NCBI RefSeq assembly: GCF_009914755.1
Contig: NC_060941.1
DNA: 64,000 nt
Reading direction: 5' to 3' (one strand)
Source of the DNA: the human T2T-CHM13v2.0 reference genome, Homo sapiens
Within the stretch, counting starts at the first letter, position 1, and every line of letters begins with the position of its first letter. The position numbers and the translations under genes are program-made. Of the stretch, positions 29,762-52,293 are shown in pieces. Below the pieces are notes generated by a model. That model was not told the origin of the DNA. It made no database searches and was given only the letters and a program-made list of their open reading frames with translations.

Positions 29762-30780
29762 TGAGCCACCGCGTCCGGCCTTCACTTTTTAAATTACTTC
29801 AAATCTTATTGAAGTGTATGGATAGCAGAAAGGAAAACGTGCATATTTTTGCAGTAAAACCACCTTCCACCATTTCTTGGAGCTCATTATAACCACAGCC
29901 TGAAAAAGCAGTCGTGCTCTCGGGCACTGGGACTCCCCACTGGGAGAGCACATCAAATGCCTCCTCTCCACCCATGGCGCTTGGCCTGGCACTCAGGCGC
30001 GATCTGCGACAGGCAGAAGGGTCTGCGTTCCCCTCAGGTTGGACCTGTGCCCTGTCTATCCTCCAAAAGCACATGAATCCTCACAGTCTGAATGCTAACT
30101 CTTAGAATCTTACTCACACCTCTGAAAACCCGACTTTCCAGAAACCGAGTACTTGGACATTAATAAAATAAAGGCATGCACAAATGAGCGCACACACAAA
30201 TATGAAGACACGGGAACCCCACACCAATCTGTCAAAGTCTCAACTTGTTTTGCTTTGTCAGATGCACAGAACATAAAGTTTAATTATGGGGAAAAACGGC
30301 CAGCATATGTTCATTAATCATAAAATGACAATTAGATCTGATTTATGTCAAACATGCTGAGTTCAAACAGAGCTCCAGAAATAAATTCATAAGAACCAAA
30401 GCTTTTCATTAAAGATTCTGCAAGAGGGGATCACATTTTCTATCTAAATCATCACTTAACATTATATAAATCATTCATTAAGTCATATATAAATTATACA
30501 TCCATAATTTCCAATTATAGGGCCTTACATAAAAGTTTACGTTTATTGGAGCTCTCAGACCCGAAATGATTGCCAAGCAAATCTCCCTGAGGTGTGCAGG
30601 GTGACAGGAGGCCACCCCCATCACAACCACACCTTCCTGGGGATGTCAGGAAGCCCCGCTGTCTTCTGAGACAATCATCACAAGCTGTTCCCAAGTCAAA
30701 CCAAGTCCATTATCCTAATGAGAAGCCCCAGGCCCCCATTTGGCCCTTGGCCCTGTTTCTTGCTTGAAAATTAAATTTCT

Positions 30781-30891
30781 GGCTGGTCCGAAGGTGGTGA
30801 GTTACCTCAGATGATTGTTAACAGTCAGTTACAGATCCAACTCCTTGTTCTACTCTCTCCCCCTTCCTCACTATTGTACTTGACTAGTCTT
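30781..30891 (+). pseudogene. Y1 RNA (RNY1) retropseudogene with A-rich tail and TSD
   Basis: GGCTGGTCCGAAGGTGGTGAGTT...CTTGACTAGTCTT aligns end to end with hY1 (roughly 90% by eye, against my recalled hY1); A tail 30892-30907; TSD AAATT(A/C)AATTTCT at 30768-30780 and 30913-30925. Confidence 0.92.
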
Positions 30892-32284
30892 AAAAAATAA
30901 TAAAAAATTTTTAAATTCAATTTCTGGCCTGAAATGTGTCTCAGTTCTCCATACCCTCACACCTTTTCTCTACTCACAGCTAGAGAGCTGCCAACAAGAA
31001 CTTGCCTCTACCCTCCCAGAGAAAAATGGTCCAAATAGATCCCACTGATGTTTCCAGGAGGGCAGGAGAATGAACCTGGACTCTATTTCCATTTCACGTA
31101 TTGCTCCCCGCCCCATCAAAGGCTACATTCCTGCAAATACACAGCTCTGCTCTGTTTGCCTTCCTTGGACACTGAAATGACTTTCCACCGACTTGGGTGA
31201 GGGTCGTGTGTCCTCCTTCCACGTGACGAGTGGCTGCCAGTCAGGATGGGCTTCCGCATTCTGCGCTCTGCTGGCTGTGATGGGGGCGCTAAAGACACAG
31301 GGCCTACTGCACGGGGTCCTGGGGCCCCAAAAGAGGTGGTTTCTCAATGGAGATTTGGTAGGAGGCAAAAATCAAATCCAGTCAAACTAAATCACCATTT
31401 CCAAAAATACAGGCTTGCCCCTACAAGAAATAAACCTGCAACAACTCACACATAATTAGCCCATCTGGAATTCATCTTCAAATCTAATTAAGCTCTAATA
31501 TGCAGAAACATTTTTCCAGCACCTGTTCACTTTAATCTCCCCCTCTAGGGATTTTTCTTGTTAAATGCCCCTCTCTCTTTTTTGTGTCATGCTATTCTCT
31601 TTCAAACTTAACTACCCAACTGCATCTTTTCCACTCCCCAAGAAAATGAAGGTGTTGTATCCCCCTTTCCTCCCTGGGGAAACAGGTCACTTCTACCTCT
31701 CCCCCAAGCCTTCACTCAGATGTTTTCGCCAGCCAATCCCTAGGCCTACACACCATTTTAAAAGGCAATTACTTTTTATGGGCCTTAGAAAATGTCAGTT
31801 GGAATGCGCTGGGAGGAGGATGTCTTAATTCTAAGTTTGGCAGCCGTCAAAGTGTCAGCAGCTTTATCTCCACCTGGAGCGAGGCACCAGGAGGTCGGAG
31901 GTTGTGGCCCCAACACCTCGCCACCCGCCAGAGGCCACTTCTGGAAGCAGTGGCGCCAAGGTCTTGACACCAAGAGAAATCCAGGGATCGATGTCTTTGT
32001 TAGCTCAAAAGCAATGGGGATGCCCAGGGCACAGTGGCTCATGCCTGTAATCCCAGCGCTTTGGGAGGCCGAGGTGGGCAGACGGCTTGAGGTCGGGAGT
32101 TTGAGACCAGACTGGACAACGTGGTGAAACTCCGTCTCTACAAGACTGTCTCCAAACAAACAAACAAACACACACACACACACACACAAACACAAAAGCA
32201 TGTGGGCTTTATGCCAGGACAACAGTGAATTCCATTGATTGAATGGCATCAACCCTGCTTTAGAAAAGGTAAATGAAATCCTGA

Positions 32285-32624
<340 letters not shown>

Positions 32625-33585
32625 TGATCCACCCGCCTTGGCCTCCCAAAGTGCTGGGACTACAGGCGTGAGCCACAGCGCCCAGCTGACACTTGGTTTC
32701 TTAAAAGCACCACTTAGAAAATAGTCCAGTCCGTGTGCAACGACTGGATGCACACAGAACTGGCAGCTGGCATTTCTCAGGGGCCAGCTGTGTGCACAGA
32801 GCCACTTCGTCCTCACAAACACACTGGTCACAGGCACTACTGCTGTCCAAGACAGGAAGGGTTACAGAGATGAGTGAACCTCCTAAAGCAATCGGCAAGG
32901 ACAGCTGGACAGCTGTGTAGAGACTGGGCCCCCCACACTACGTGCGCAGGCTCCCCGCCTCCCAAGTCAGTGCCGGTGCTGCAGGGCCAGGGCACACGCA
33001 GGCCTCCCTCCTGCCTTTGGGGAACCTTGAAGTTGAGGCTCGGACCCCAACAGCCGTCTCACACTGAGTAAGACTCTCCCACCTCCACCGCAAGGGAAGA
33101 TGCAAAATTTTCTCTTAAGACTGGGAATATGCTATAATAAGTGATTCAGAATCTCTTCTGTCGATGGCAGTTTCTTGATTAATTGATAAACCTGCCTGAA
33201 TAATGCTGGAAGCAAACACAATCTCCTATGAGTGAAAAGGCTTGTTTTAAAAAGTTGCGTGCTGCTGGGTCTTGTGCCAGCAAATACAAGTGGGTTACAG
33301 GGCTATAACAAACAGAGCAGTTTGGTAACAACAAAGGAATAGATTGTAGGTAAGTGGCACAGAGGACGATGACCAGAAGTAAGACATGAGGAGACACAGA
33401 TACCTTGTTTTACAATGAACAGTGGGACTAGGTCAACCAGGCAAACATCTAGAGAAGCACAAAAGCTAGATTCCTACCTGTACCAGTATCATGCATAAAT
33501 GGATTATGGATCTCAAAATAAAATTAAATCCTAAAAGCACGGAAAGAGTATGTAGGTAGATGCATAGTTCTGGGGGAAAGAATTA

Positions 33586-33823
33586 CAGTTGGCCGTTGCA
33601 CAACACGGGTTTGAACTGAGCAGGTCCACCTATAGGCAGACTTTTTTCAACCAAACACAGATTGAAAATACAGTATTCGAGGGCTAGGAAACTCATGTAT
33701 ACGGAGGTCTAACTTTACATATAAGCAGGTTGGAAGGATCCACTTTGGGGCGTGAGTGCATGTGGACTTGACTATATATGGAGGTCCTGGAACCAATCCT
33801 CTGTGTCAACTGAGGGGCAATTG
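33586..33823. mobile_element. MER8-like (Tigger2-derived) non-autonomous DNA transposon
   Basis: cagttggccgttgcacaacacgggtttgaactg start and ggaaccaatcc...gaggggcaattg end; 238 bp; TA duplications at 33584-33585 and 33824-33825. Confidence 0.8.
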
Positions 33824-34671
33824 TACTTCCAAAGTACGATGACAAAGGCAGAAATTACAAGAAAAAGAGTTAAGGTATCTTTGAAATCAGAAAATATTTC
33901 AGCTTCTTTGTATAAAAGACAAAGAACGAAAACCTGGCGTGTGTTTGCAACACACGACAAAGGGTTAATATACAAAGACCTCACAAATGAATGCCAAAAA
34001 TGATGAATCACTTTACAAATACTTAAGTGCACACAGAGGCTACTCACAAAGAAAACAGTCAGTAAACACAGGAGACTCCCTGTGGTCAAAGAAGCACAGA
34101 GAGCGGGGTCCTGGGCCTGCCTGGTCCTTGCCAGAGTCACGGGCGCGAGGGCAAGGCTGGTCTGCAGCACCACCTGCAAGTGTCCACCCTGCCACATTCC
34201 CAGAGGAAACGTGGGAGGACACACAGACCCTTCGAGTACATAGTAAGCTTCGGCAACATAATCCTAGTTCTAGCAATTCATCCCAAGTAATTTAAAGCAT
34301 GCACTAAGAATGAGTTACAGGGTCCACCAAGTGCTGTTCACAGTGCCAGATGCCAACAAACCCCACGGCCTGCTGAGTAAGCAATGCCTGGCCACAGCAA
34401 GGGGCAGTGGGTTCCTCAGAGATACCCTCTGGCCCCTCCACAGCTGGCTCCTTGAAGGAACGCTGTTCCCTTGCTGCTCCTATGTCCCCTCAGCTCCCCA
34501 CGGCGCTCTGACCCGCCCCACCCCATCACTGTGTAGTCCTCGCCAGACTGCCTGTCCGCACAGCTCTCCAGACAGAGGACCCCAGCACTGTCCCTTGGCA
34601 CCAGGACATCACCCTCCCACCTCTCCCAGACCCTTCTCCTTGACCTCTTTAGAGCAGCCATCCTTGGAGTT

Positions 34672-34854
34672 GCTCAACGCCCTCTTCTCTTCTCCCTCTG
34701 AACCACAGCTTGGCTCATCTACTTCCGGGTTAGCTCAACGCCCTCTTCTTTTCTCCCTCTGAACCACAGCTTGGCTCATCTACTTCCGGGTTAGCTCAAC
34801 GCACTCTTCTCTTCTCCCTCTGAACCACGGCTTGGCTCATCTACTTCTGGGTTA
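34672..34854. repeat. Tandem repeat, 3 x 61 bp
   Basis: Units start at 34672, 34733 and 34794 (gctcaacgccctcttctcttctccctctgaaccacagcttggctcatctacttccgggtta). Confidence 0.95.
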
Positions 34855-35747
34855 ATTTAGGCTTTCTCCACAGATAGTCTGAAAAGGGAACTATTGGCCT
34901 GTATCTCTTGCCTGAGCTTCCAGACCTGAGTCCTGGCAACCGTCTGTCCTGCTCCATCTTCAAACTCTGCGTGCTGGCACCTGGACTCACCATCCTCCCA
35001 CACAGACCCATGGCTCTACTCTGGCACCAGTGCCAACCCTGCTCCCCAAAACCAGGAACCTGGCTTGAGCCTGTGCTCCTCTCTGCACACCTGCCAGGCC
35101 TCCAAACCTCTCAGTCCCAGCACACCATCCTTGTCCCCAAGGCCACAGGGAACTGACATGTGGCCTGGATTGCCAACACCACCAGCTTCTCACTGGGCTC
35201 CCCAACTCCAAACCGTTCCCCACACTGCAGCCCAGGATGGGTCTTCTACAGCGGGGACCTCCCCTGCCCACCCCATCCGGCTGTCAGCACCTGTCCACTG
35301 CCTCTCCTACCTGGATTTCAGCCCCACTCACTCCTCTAAACTTGCTGCCTTCTCCTGACTCAGGCTACTGGCATCCAATGCCTGGATTGTTGCAAAAGCT
35401 TCCCGCCTCCAGACCACCCCTCCTGACACCTCCAGCAGGAACATTCCAGAACTCACTTTCCGTAAGTCTTTCCATGGCCTCCCACTGTCCACCACAAGCC
35501 ACTCCAGCTAGACTGGCCCCGCCGGGTGCATGCTGTGCTCTCCAGGTACATAGCTTCAGCAGATTCCACTCCGCGTGGCTTCCTCTCACACACTCTAGTC
35601 TCAGCACTGTGAATGGCCACCTCGGCGCACCCTGCTCCCCAACAGGACACCTCCACAGTTTCCAAGAAGAGGGACCATGAGGGACCTGCTCACCGTGGCG
35701 CCCCAGGCCTAACACCTGACCCACGGGAAGCTCTCAACAGATAAACG

Positions 35748-36112
35748 GTACGACTGGTCCGTTTTCTCACTGCTATAATGAACTGCCCAAGACTGGGTAA
35801 TTTATAAGAGGTTTAATTGACTCACAGTTCAGCATGGCTGGGGAGCCCTCAGGAAACTTACAAGCATGACAGGAGGGGAAGGGGAAGCAAGGCACCTTCT
35901 TCACAAGGTGGCAGGAAAGAGAAGTGCCGAGCAAAGGGGGAAGAGCCCCTTATAAATCTAACACATCTTGTGAGAATGCACTCACTATCACTGAGAACAG
36001 GATGGGGGAACCACCCCCATGATTCAATTATCTCCACCTCATCTCTCCTTGACACCTGGGGATTGTGAGTCAAGATGAGGTGTGGGTGTGGACACAAAGC
36101 CTATCCATATCA
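35748..36112 (-). mobile_element. MSTA/THE1-family MaLR solo LTR
   Basis: gactgggtaatttataagaggtttaattgactcacagttcagcatggctgggga...ccatatca is the typical reverse-complement MST/THE1 LTR. Confidence 0.88.
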
Positions 36113-36226
36113 CAAAGGGTGCTAGGGGGCGTCCATTTTCTTCTTACCAATCTACAATATTTAATTTTTTCATAATAAACATACATTTCATTTCATATTT
36201 AAAATGTTCCATATTTATTTATTTAG

Positions 36227-36331
<105 letters not shown>

Positions 36332-36498
36332 TGAGTACCTGGGGCCACAGGTGCACACAGCATAGACTGCATGCATTACTGTTTAGCGTGGTGGCTCACG
36401 CCTGTAGTTCTGGCACTTTGGGAGGCAAGGCAGGTGGATTACTTAAGGTCAAGAGTTTGAGACCAGCCTGGCCAACATGGCAAAACCCCTCTCTACTA

Positions 36499-38075
<1,577 letters not shown>

Positions 38076-38349
38076 GAGAGCATCGCACAGTGAATCAGGT
38101 CAGTGCTACCAAGGGCTTGGCCACCCAAACACAACAGCTCTCGCTCCCCGCTCAGCTCTGAAGGGCCCAGGGCCAGCCTCCCATGCCCACAGCTGGGGGC
38201 CTGGGAGAGACATGGCATGGAAGTACAAAATCCCCAGTGGCCCTGGGCCAGCCCACCCGTGGGCTTATGCCCGTCAGACTATTTCCTCATGGCTGAAGGA
38301 GAAGAAAATAGAGATTTTAAAACACAGTAAGGCTGGAAGCGGTGGCTCA

Positions 38350-38690
<341 letters not shown>

Positions 38691-41600
38691 TCAAAGTGCC
38701 CAATTGTTACTTGTCCTCAAGAGGCTCCCTCAAACCCAATCAACCAATTCTCCCTGCCCCAGAGGAATAAGCCCTGTGGACGCCCAGACCCTTGGCATAG
38801 GTGCGGGCAGTGAGGAGACAACTGGCTCCAGCCAGAGGGGCAGCCAGTCCTCCAGAGCACCAAGGCCACCTCTCCTCACTCCCCCACAACGATTACAGAA
38901 ATCAGCCAGTGAAGGCAGTCCATGGGAAGAGAGTATACTCCCGGGGCGCCAGCCAGCAAGGTGGTAAAGGCACAGCTACAAAGCCAAGTCAGATTCCAGA
39001 CACTAGAGCCACTGTCCCATGTCCAGAGGAGTGGGAATAAAAGGACTGGAGGCTGTGTGATCTCTGTGGCAGAAGGGTCGTAGCCTGCCACATCCTCACA
39101 CATCACACAGACGCAGGAAAGAGCATCCCGAAAGCAGAGGCGCAGGAATAACTTAGACCTTCTGGGCAGAGCTAGTAGCCTCGCTATGCCCTGGATGGAG
39201 TCCCAGACCATCTCAAAATGTCTCTGGGACGTGCTGACAGCAGAGACATGCTTCCATGGTGGACCCACCACACCCTAGTGTCAGAGAGGGAACATGAGGA
39301 GGGCTCCTCTGTACCAAAGAACACCCGAGGGGCCCAGACACCACAGTGAATCACCAGAAAACATGGAGCATAGACAGAGCCAGTCGGAAGACTTACTTGG
39401 GGAACATTTCCAGAGAACTTATGATTCTAGGAGCCCAAGCTGAGGCCCAGCGGTTGTCCTGCAGGCTGCAGCAGCACAACCAGGAGGGCCGTGAGGTAAG
39501 CGAGCTGTGGCATGACGGGCATGAAAGGGCAAAGCTGAAGATGCCTGCACGTCACATCCGTACCAGGAGGTTTTCAGCTATGATGCCCGATGAGGGGCAT
39601 GGACCCGAGTTTCACCTTCAGTGGGAAGCAGCTGAACACCTAAGCATCTAGCGGTGTTCTGTGTGTGTATGTATGTCTGCATGTTTTTGGAGGAGTCTTG
39701 TTCTGTCGCCCAGGCTGGAGTACAGTGGTACAATCATAGCTCACTGCAGCCATGAACTCCTGGGCTAAAGAGATCCTTCTGACTCAGCCTCCTGAGTAGC
39801 TGGGACCACAGGCTCATGACACAGCACCCGACTAATTTTTTTTTGTTGTTGTAGAAATGAGGTCTTGCTATGTCACACAGACTGGCCTCGACTTCCTGAG
39901 CTCAAGCAATTCTCCCACCTTGGCCTTCCAAAGTGCTGGGATTACAAGTGTGAGCCACCACACCTAGTCTATTAGTATTCTTTTTAAAGGAAAAGACAGA
40001 AGACAGTCAAGCGCCTCCTGGCTGTACAACAGTCTACGAGTGTGAGTCTTGTCCCTGTGTGATGGGCAGGAGGTCCCAGCCTGCCCAAACAAAACCCCCA
40101 CCAGCTGGGCTCTGGGGCTGCACATAAAGCTCCACAGCTGCAGGCTCTTGGGGCTGATGGGCAGTGAGCCACAGCCAGCCTCCCGATTCGAAGAAACACA
40201 CAAAAACCCAAGGAGCCTCCCGGCCAGGGCCAGGCCTCCTCCCTGCGGCGCCGCCCCTGCGCACTCACAACTGAGCGCCCATGTGCGCCAGCACAGCAGC
40301 CACTGCCACGTGACGCAGAGTGTGTGTGACACACCCATGTGCATTCATGGCTGGAAAGTTATTTTAAACTCTTCTTCCTAATTATCAAGAGAGATGTTAG
40401 TGTGACTTTTCAGTGAGCGACTTGGAAATATCTATCAAAACTCAAAAAACCTTCCTCCCCAGCAATTCTATTTTGAAGATATACAAAGATGTCACAGGAG
40501 GATGTATAGGGTGTTAAATGTGGCACTTTCTGTAACAACCAGGAAGAACCAAAGGCCATCAACACAAGACCAATTAAATACATTCTGATTTGGCCATATA
40601 GTCAATAAATGCACTCATTTATTCTCCATAATTACAAGTCTTTGTTTTGAAGTTAAAAGAATAGAAAAGGAAACAAGAACTCTACCAGATGCAAAGAGTA
40701 GTTATCATTAAATATGTTTTCTTCATGTTTTTCTGCAGGGGACAAATGTGCCCTTTCACAAGAAAGGTGAAAGAGAAAAGCCCCACGTCCTGCCACCTGG
40801 CTGCCCCAGAGATGAGTGAGGCTGGCTGGCCCTAGTCCCTCGGGAAGCTCCTGGTCCTCACAGGACTATGTGTACACCCATATGCTTTCCTAAAAAACTA
40901 CACGTGAACGATGACACAAATGTGCCTTCAAATCACTTCTCCAAGGCCAGCATCTGCACAGCTCCCCTCATCTGTCCACAAGGCTCTTCCTCGTTCTCTT
41001 ACTGGCTGCATATGGGACAGGGCAAAGCTGTAGACTCTCCTCCCTCCTGAAGGACAGTCAGGAAGCTTCTACTCCCACCCCATGTGTGAGTGCATGAAAA
41101 TGTATGTCCACATCCATGTGCAAATGCCTATACGTGTCTTCAAGAAAATAACAAAAAAAATTGGTATTATACTCTAGGTATAGATGCACTTTTAATTTTG
41201 CTTTCTAAGTTTTACCCCTTATCTTTAAATAATTTGCAAACACATACCTTTAGTAACCACATGCTATCCCAGAGTCCAGCTGTAACTTAATATGCCCTTG
41301 GGACGGGGCTTTTCAATTGTTTCCCATTTTTATTGCCAGAGACAACAACATGATAAACAGCAGCCTCAGACAAATATTGGTGCAGGTTTTGTTTACAAGG
41401 CATGTCACCTCCAACCGCAAAGTCCATGGGAGGACTAAAAGGATGACTTCAATGTTTGCTTTTACAGTTCTCTTTGCTCCAACTGATATTTTCCTGAAAC
41501 ATGAGAAATCTGTCTCAAATCCTACAGGGCTATAAACAATTCTGGGAAGTATTTCTAGCCTATTCTCGCTAACAGAGGGCAAATAAGCACTCTATGAAAA

Positions 41601-41699
41601 CAACAGAATGATTAAGGAAATGTCACATATTTCATGACAAAAGGGAGCTCCATTCCTAAGTGCAAGAAACTTACAATAACGCATGGAAATAAAAAAGCC

Positions 41700-48780
<7,081 letters not shown>

Positions 48781-51324
48781 TCATTCAAGAAAGAAAAATC
48801 TAGCAGTTGAGAATAAGAGAAAAATGGAAAGCAGTTATTTATAAAACTGAAGGCTGTTTATAAACAGCAAAATTGGCCATATGGATAATCTTCAAGGGTA
48901 AATTCACTGAGATGAACTGCAAACTCCCCTTTCCACATGCAGCAGCAGGACATACATGTCCTGATGGGTTTGTGTAACCCTGCCGGAATGGCTGGCAGGA
49001 CAAGTTAACTATCATTCCCTTCACAAATCAGTCAGTCAGGAAATCCCTACGTGGGAAGGATCACAGGGCCTACAAAGAGGCAGTGACAGCAAAACTTCAG
49101 CTGCTATTGAATCTGAATGCATTTCTGGTTTTTTAACCAGATCCCCAGCAAGTAATTTTAACAGCCCGTAAATGTAGAGTATGCTAGACTATGAGGACAC
49201 AGATGCCCAGCCCAGTGTGGGGGGTAAGTTCTACACTGCACTGTCCTTCCACAGGGCCCCTCAGGGTCACTCGAGCAAAGCGCACACTTCATTGGGGCTC
49301 TTATACTCTGAAGCCTCATGCCAGAGAATACCTGAGTACAACGAAAGGGGAAAGGGGAGGAAGGACAGATGCAGAGGGAGAGGCGAGGCCTCCGCATCCC
49401 AGCCAGGACCTGAGTGCTGTCGGCAGGGGCGCCCCGCACCCTATGCCACATGGCTCAGTCTGAACCTTCCTGTCTAAGGAGGGATGTGGGACGGGAATGC
49501 AACAAGTACAATTTCCAACAGCGCTATGGGGTCCCCGCATGGCCGTGACCAAGAAACCCTAACACAGGGGAAAGAGCACACTTTACTTGAGTTAGAAAAC
49601 CTTCATCCGAGCTGTAGTGATTAAAAGCACGCATGAGGATAAGCACTCCTCAGTCGGCCACCACCCTCGGGAAAGGGAGACCATGGCAAGTCTGAGCACC
49701 AAGAGGGGTGATTCACACAGACACAAAGGGGCTGTCACTGCCTATCTGCTTATAAATTAGGTTATTTATTATCTCTCAGTTCTAAAACCTTTCAGTAAAT
49801 ACCAATTCCAGAGGTGAAAAAAGCCCAAGGATGATCTATATAATCTCTCAACTCTCAACAAGAGGTATGACTCAAATTCAAGGTGGTAGCCCCCAAGTTA
49901 GAAACTGTAATTCTAAAAATGTGCCAGTTCTTCTGGCCCATGGAATAATTTCTCCACAGACACAGTAATTAGACTGGGCACAGTGGCTCACACCTGTAAT
50001 CCCAGGACTTTTTGAGGCCGAGACAGGCGGATCACTTGAGGCCAGAAGCTCGAGACCAGCCTGGCCAACATGGTGAAACCCCGTCTCTACAAAAAATACA
50101 AAAATTGGCCGGGTGTGTTGGCATGCGCCTGTAATCCCAGCTACTTGGGAGACTGAGGCACAAGAATCATTTGAACCCGGAGGCAGAAGTTGCAGTGAGC
50201 CAAGATTGTGCCATGGCACTCCAGCCTGGGTGACAGAACAAGACTGTCTCAAAAAAAATTAAAAATAAAAATAAAAGATCCTCGATTTCACTCAGAATAA
50301 AATAGTCATTAAAACCACACTGAAATACTGTGGAACTGTTCCATATCCCACAAGACTCTGAATGCCCGCTACACACTTGTGTAGGCAAAAACCACTACTT
50401 ACAATGATATGAGATTAGAAGCAATTCTGTTTTATAAATAGCCACAAAACAGACAGGCACAGTTGTAATGCACACTGAATTCTCTGGGACTACAATAGTG
50501 TAAGCTGAGGCAAGGGCACACTCTTCTGCTTGGAACTGGGTGGGGAGCTGCTGAGCCTCTCAGGAAGCCATGTTGCTGACGGCAAGGCCAGCTGAGAGGC
50601 CTGGACCCAGCCCTGTGCTCAGCCCTTGCCCACACAGGCCAGTACGGATCCCGCTGTGCTGTCCTCACGAGTCAGTCCAGAAGCACTGACACACCTAAAC
50701 GTATGACTTTATTCTGTTTCTTTCCTATCACTTTCCCCTGATGTTACAGTTAGGATACTACTCTGCCTTCCATTTCAGAATTCTGTGTGTCGGCAGCCTA
50801 CATTAACTATGTTACCCATGAATTTTATTTCTGCATAGTAAAGGGGTATCACAAAGTGTTCTAAAAACAGGAGTTGAGTCTGATAGGCTTGGAAACTACC
50901 AGCCTACACTACTGTACCCAGATATCAGCCTACATGTGGCAGGGGTGTGGGGATGTGACACCGAGAAGAGTATGACGACACTTTTCTCCCCGTCTCTAAA
51001 TACAACGCTGGCCAGGCAGAATTCTAAATGACATGAGCGCCTTTGTTCTCTGCTCCCCTCCTGGGTGCCCAGTGCCCACTGCCTGATGCCCCAGCTGCTC
51101 TCCAGCTACCCTGAGTCCCCCACGACAGCACCCTTCCCAGGGTGCCCTAACAGGTTCTGTAATGCAGAATTCCCAGACCCTCCTTCAATCCTAGCCCAAA
51201 TTCCCAACCCTTCCCTTAAGCACTCAACCCAAGCAACAACTTAGGAAAATAAATCTGACTCGGCCGGGCGCAGTGGCTCACGCCTGTAATCCCAGCACCT
51301 TGGAAGGCCGAGGCGGGCGGATCA

Positions 51325-51618
<294 letters not shown>

Positions 51619-51858
51619 TTATTAACATAATTAACGTGTGAAAGATGCCTATCACCCTCAAAAAGTATATTCATTTCAAAAATCAATCTAAATGCACCTT
51701 AAATCAAGGAACTGCAGGCTGGGCAACACAGCAAGACTTCATTTCTACTAAAAATTTAAAAATTAGGCCAGGCGCAGTGGCTCACGCCTGTCATCCCAGC
51801 ACTTGGGAGGCCGAGGTGGGCGGATCACGAGGTCAGGAGATCGAGACCATCCTGGCTA

Positions 51859-52293
<435 letters not shown>

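Noticed and set aside
30781-30891. Y1 copy as a functional Pol III gene
   Set aside because: A tail and TSD indicate retroposition; Y genes need an upstream PSE/TATA promoter, which is not evident; no T-run terminator directly after the body
34672-34854. Repeat considered as a CRISPR-like array
   Set aside because: Contiguous units without unique spacers, in a mammalian intron
50290-50900. Possible old hAT/Charlie transposon remnants
   Set aside because: Too degenerate to assign without RepeatMasker
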